A DNA stretch of 64,000 bases from a virus: positions 23,382-87,381 of IMG/VR virus record IMGVR_UViG_3300013136_000003. The stretch is one strand, 5' to 3'. Positions 61,098 through 64,000 of the stretch are shown piece after piece. Numbering within the stretch: the stretch's first letter is position 1; each line of letters starts with the position of its first letter. The translations under genes were made by a program, and so were the position numbers. The notes under the pieces were generated by a model that worked only from the letters and a program-made list of their open reading frames with translations, did not search any database and was not told the DNA's origin.

Positions 61098-61702
61098 GCG
61101 GAAGCAGAGTTTCCACGTTTTCGGAGTTCGCTGGAAAACCGACAAGTGAGGTGAAGTTCGCTGAGACTTCCGCCGGACCAAAGAAGGTAGAACCTCAAGA
61201 GGAAGAGGAACTGGCCGATTTTTTAACGAGTTTAGAAGATGAACAGGATTCTTCCGACCTTGTCGAAAGAGCCGATCTCCTCCTTGAAAAACTCAAGGAA
61301 GAACGAAGAGTACAAGAAGAGATCGTTCCGATTAACGAGAGCTTGGTTCCTAAGTTTGAAGGTTATCGGATCGCAAGAGATAAGGACGAAGTTTTCGAGT
61401 GCAAGATCTCGGTCGAAGGGACCACTCTAAACGAAGCTAGAGCGAGGTTAGTCCTTGATTCGGAACCGTGGAACTTAACGTTTTACGGAAAGATACACAC
61501 GGATGGGCATTGCACGGTACCCATAAAGAAAGGCCTTCCGCTGGGAGAAGGTTCAACCGGAAAGATCAGGCTGGAAGTCATAGCAGAGGACCAGCTTTTC
61601 GTGGGTTGGGAGAACGAATTTTTAGTCGAGGTATCGAAGAAGCTCAGCGTCGAGGTGAAGGAACAGAAGAAGGTCAAGGTGAGCTTTGACTCGGTTGGCT
61701 AA
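61094..61702 (+). CDS. Conserved late structural-type protein
   Basis: ATGA overlap; DKDEVFECKISVEG....ARARL...F.GKI...G.C.VPI...GKIRLEVIAED..F. Confidence 0.7.
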   Translation: MSGSRVSTFSEFAGKPTSEVKFAETSAGPKKVEPQEEEELADFLTSLEDEQDSSDLVERADLLLEKLKEERRVQEEIVPINESLVPKFEGYRIARDKDEVFECKISVEGTTLNEARARLVLDSEPWNLTFYGKIHTDGHCTVPIKKGLPLGEGSTGKIRLEVIAEDQLFVGWENEFLVEVSKKLSVEVKEQKKVKVSFDSVG

Positions 61703-61717
61703 AAATATCTTTTTACG

Positions 61718-63991
61718 TTGCCTGAAGAATTTCCAAACGATTTAACGAACAGGAGAATAGCTGACACCTACCAGAACGTGGTACAAGTAGTCGGTGGAAC
61801 CTTTTACGATGGCTTGGGAAACGAAATCGCACCGCCAGGCGGAGGAACTTCAGGATCTTCAGGTACGTCTGGCTCGTCAGGAAGCTCAGGAACTTCAGGT
61901 TCATCCGGAACAAGCGGAGAAGCTGGTAGCTCAGGAACTTCAGGTTCTTCTGGAACAAGTGGATCTTCAGGTTCTTCTGGAACAAGTGGATCTTCAGGTT
62001 CTTCTGGAACAAGCGGAGACTCAGGTTCGAGCGGTAGTTCGGGAACAAGCGGTTCGTCTGGAAGCTCAGGCTCTTCGGGTTCAAGCGGTAGTTCGGGAAC
62101 AAGCGGTTCGTCTGGAAGCTCTGGATCTTCAGGTTCAAGCGGTTCAAGCGGAAGCTCTGGCACAAGCGGTTCAAGCGGAAGCTCTGGTACAAGCGGTTCA
62201 AGCGGAAGCTCTGGTTCGTCTGGTAGTTCGGGAACAAGCGGTTCGTCTGGAAGCTCAGGAACATCGGGAACTGGATCTTCGGGAACATCTGGAAGCTCAG
62301 GCTCAAGCGGTTCGTCTGGAAGCTCAGGCTCTTCGGGTTCAAGCGGTAGTTCGGGAACAAGCGGTTCGTCTGGAAGCTCTGGATCTTCGGGTTCAAGCGG
62401 TAGTTCGGGAACAAGCGGTTCGTCTGGAAGCTCAGGAACATCGGGAACTGGTTCATCTGGAACGTCTGGAAGCTCAGGCTCTTCAGGTTCAAGTGGAACG
62501 TCTGGAAGCTCAGGCTCTTCAGGTTCAAGTGGAACGTCTGGAAGCTCAGGCTCTTCAGGTTCAAGCGGAACGTCTGGAACTGGTTCATCTGGAACGTCTG
62601 GAACATCTGGTGGTGGATCATCTACTAGACAAATTTCTCTTGTCACCAACTTAGCTAATGCAGGAGACACTGGTACTATCAACCAGACTCTAGTTGGAAT
62701 AGGGTACTCTGGAACTATCAGCGGTTGGCACCTCACTTGCTACCCTTCTGCATCAGTCACTGTGGATGTCTGGAAAGTCTCTGGAGCGGTACCGCCAGTT
62801 GCTAACACAATAACAGCATCAGCTAAACCCTCAATATCGTCCAACCGTCTAAACTCTAGTTCAACTCTTACTGGATGGACAACATCTGTCTCAGCTAACG
62901 ATTATTTCATGATGAACGTCGATTCGAATACGGCTGCGACATACATTAACTTGCAACTAATAATAACGTACGGTGCGTTGTTGAATCAAGGCCTCGATGC
63001 AACACTCACATCTACAGGCACAGGTGCAGGTGTGTCAACCTTGAGATTGGAAGTCAGCGAAAATCAAACGCTTACAATCACATCAGGTAATGCACGCTTT
63101 TACACAGATGCAGCCGGGACTTTAGGTGAATCAACAACGTGGGATGTAACAACAGGTGCGCTCAGGACTATCTATTTAAAAGCGCCATCTGGCGAAAGTG
63201 TGTTGAATATTCCGAAGCCTGGCAAAGTTATAGAATTAGGCAATAGCACAACAGATGGCTGGATAAGTTCGACAAATGCCGCACGGTTAAGCATAGAAAT
63301 AGGTAAACTTGCGCTGACACAATTACGCATTGCAGGTACGTCAACACTAACAGGTGCATTGCCGACTGGATTGACTTCATTGACTTTGTACGGTAATTCA
63401 ATCGCATGGACTTATGCAGGTGCATTGCCAAGTGGATTGACTTACTTGCTTTTAGAAGGAAATCTAATCGCATGGACTTACAATGGTGCATTGCCTATTG
63501 GGTTGACTACCCTTTATTTGAACGGTAATTCAATCGCATGGACTTATACAGGTGCATTGCCAACTGGATTGACTTTCTTGTGTTTATCTGGAAATCTAAT
63601 CGCATGGACTTACAATGGTGCATTGCCAACTGGATTGACTTTCTTGTATTTATACGGAAATCTAATCGCATGGACTTATACAGGTTCATTGCCAACTGGA
63701 TTGACTTACTTGACTTTGTCAGGCGACTCAATTGCATGGACTGGATTAGATGTAGGCAATAATGGTAATATAGTAACATTCAACCTTGCAAACTACCGCA
63801 TAACTAAAATGTCAAGTGCTGACATGGTTACACTGTTAACTCAACTAACTAACCGCACAGGCTCACTACCTGCAACTATCACAATCAACGATTACGCTGA
63901 TTATGCAAGCCCGCCGGCTGAGGTAACAGCAGCCGTAGCAGCATTAAAGGCAGCAAAACCAAATATCACAACTGTAACTCTGGGGGCATAA
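61718..63991 (+). CDS. Fibre/adhesin-like protein with (GSS/GTS)n linker and C-terminal leucine-rich repeats
   Basis: ~255 aa of SGSSGTSG repeats (61845-62615); six 22-aa repeats ALPTGLTxLxLxGNxIAWTYxG; TTG start uncertain. Confidence 0.8.
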   Translation: MPEEFPNDLTNRRIADTYQNVVQVVGGTFYDGLGNEIAPPGGGTSGSSGTSGSSGSSGTSGSSGTSGEAGSSGTSGSSGTSGSSGSSGTSGSSGSSGTSGDSGSSGSSGTSGSSGSSGSSGSSGSSGTSGSSGSSGSSGSSGSSGSSGTSGSSGSSGTSGSSGSSGSSGSSGTSGSSGSSGTSGTGSSGTSGSSGSSGSSGSSGSSGSSGSSGTSGSSGSSGSSGSSGSSGTSGSSGSSGTSGTGSSGTSGSSGSSGSSGTSGSSGSSGSSGTSGSSGSSGSSGTSGTGSSGTSGTSGGGSSTRQISLVTNLANAGDTGTINQTLVGIGYSGTISGWHLTCYPSASVTVDVWKVSGAVPPVANTITASAKPSISSNRLNSSSTLTGWTTSVSANDYFMMNVDSNTAATYINLQLIITYGALLNQGLDATLTSTGTGAGVSTLRLEVSENQTLTITSGNARFYTDAAGTLGESTTWDVTTGALRTIYLKAPSGESVLNIPKPGKVIELGNSTTDGWISSTNAARLSIEIGKLALTQLRIAGTSTLTGALPTGLTSLTLYGNSIAWTYAGALPSGLTYLLLEGNLIAWTYNGALPIGLTTLYLNGNSIAWTYTGALPTGLTFLCLSGNLIAWTYNGALPTGLTFLYLYGNLIAWTYTGSLPTGLTYLTLSGDSIAWTGLDVGNNGNIVTFNLANYRITKMSSADMVTLLTQLTNRTGSLPATITINDYADYASPPAEVTAAVAALKAAKPNITTVTLGA

Positions 63992-64000
63992 TGGTAAAGC

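Noticed and set aside
61845-62615. Tandem repeats resembling a CRISPR or satellite array
   Set aside because: 9-nt period coding Gly-Ser-Ser/Gly-Thr-Ser with synonymous variation and no unique spacers; the overlapping ORFs at 61713, 61794 and 61804 are shadows of the repeat
63350-63745. Diversity-generating retroelement VR/TR pair
   Set aside because: No reverse transcriptase or non-coding template copy in the window, and differences are not confined to adenines
1-64000. Genome-wide alternative genetic code
   Set aside because: Long genes are intact in code 11, and TGA/TAG terminate many genes with tight overlaps; only scattered in-frame stops

Overview
64 kb of a very large lytic dsDNA phage (jumbo/T4-like regulatory logic), most likely infecting a Bacteroidota host: it carries DUF3127- and DUF4494-like genes, TAnnTTTG-like promoter boxes, A/AAC-rich leaders without Shine-Dalgarno sites and lipoprotein signal peptides. 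The left 31 kb mixes nucleotide/DNA-metabolism genes (ATP-dependent ligase, split thyA, MBD4-like glycosylase, DHH, DEDDh and PD-(D/E)XK nucleases, two GIY-YIG endonucleases) with late virion-type genes and a ~415-nt highly structured non-coding RNA. About 32.4-60.4 kb is a distinct block of short early-type ORFs driven by ~29 copies of one promoter motif. It holds two sigma-70 genes, an HDAC-family enzyme, a RadA-like ATPase, three copies of a promoter-driven ~75-nt small RNA and ~15 same-strand TACTCCCTAGTA boxes. It ends at a catalytically altered IS607-type serine recombinase gene and is bracketed by two GC-rich non-coding segments. The window ends in a Gly/Ser-repeat + LRR fibre-like gene. 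About 17 unrelated proteins share an N-terminal F-x-x-F-(V/I/L)-x-E tag resembling the T4 capsid-targeting sequence. Several single-base lesions may be sequencing errors. All protein calls come from motif recognition by eye; no searches were run.
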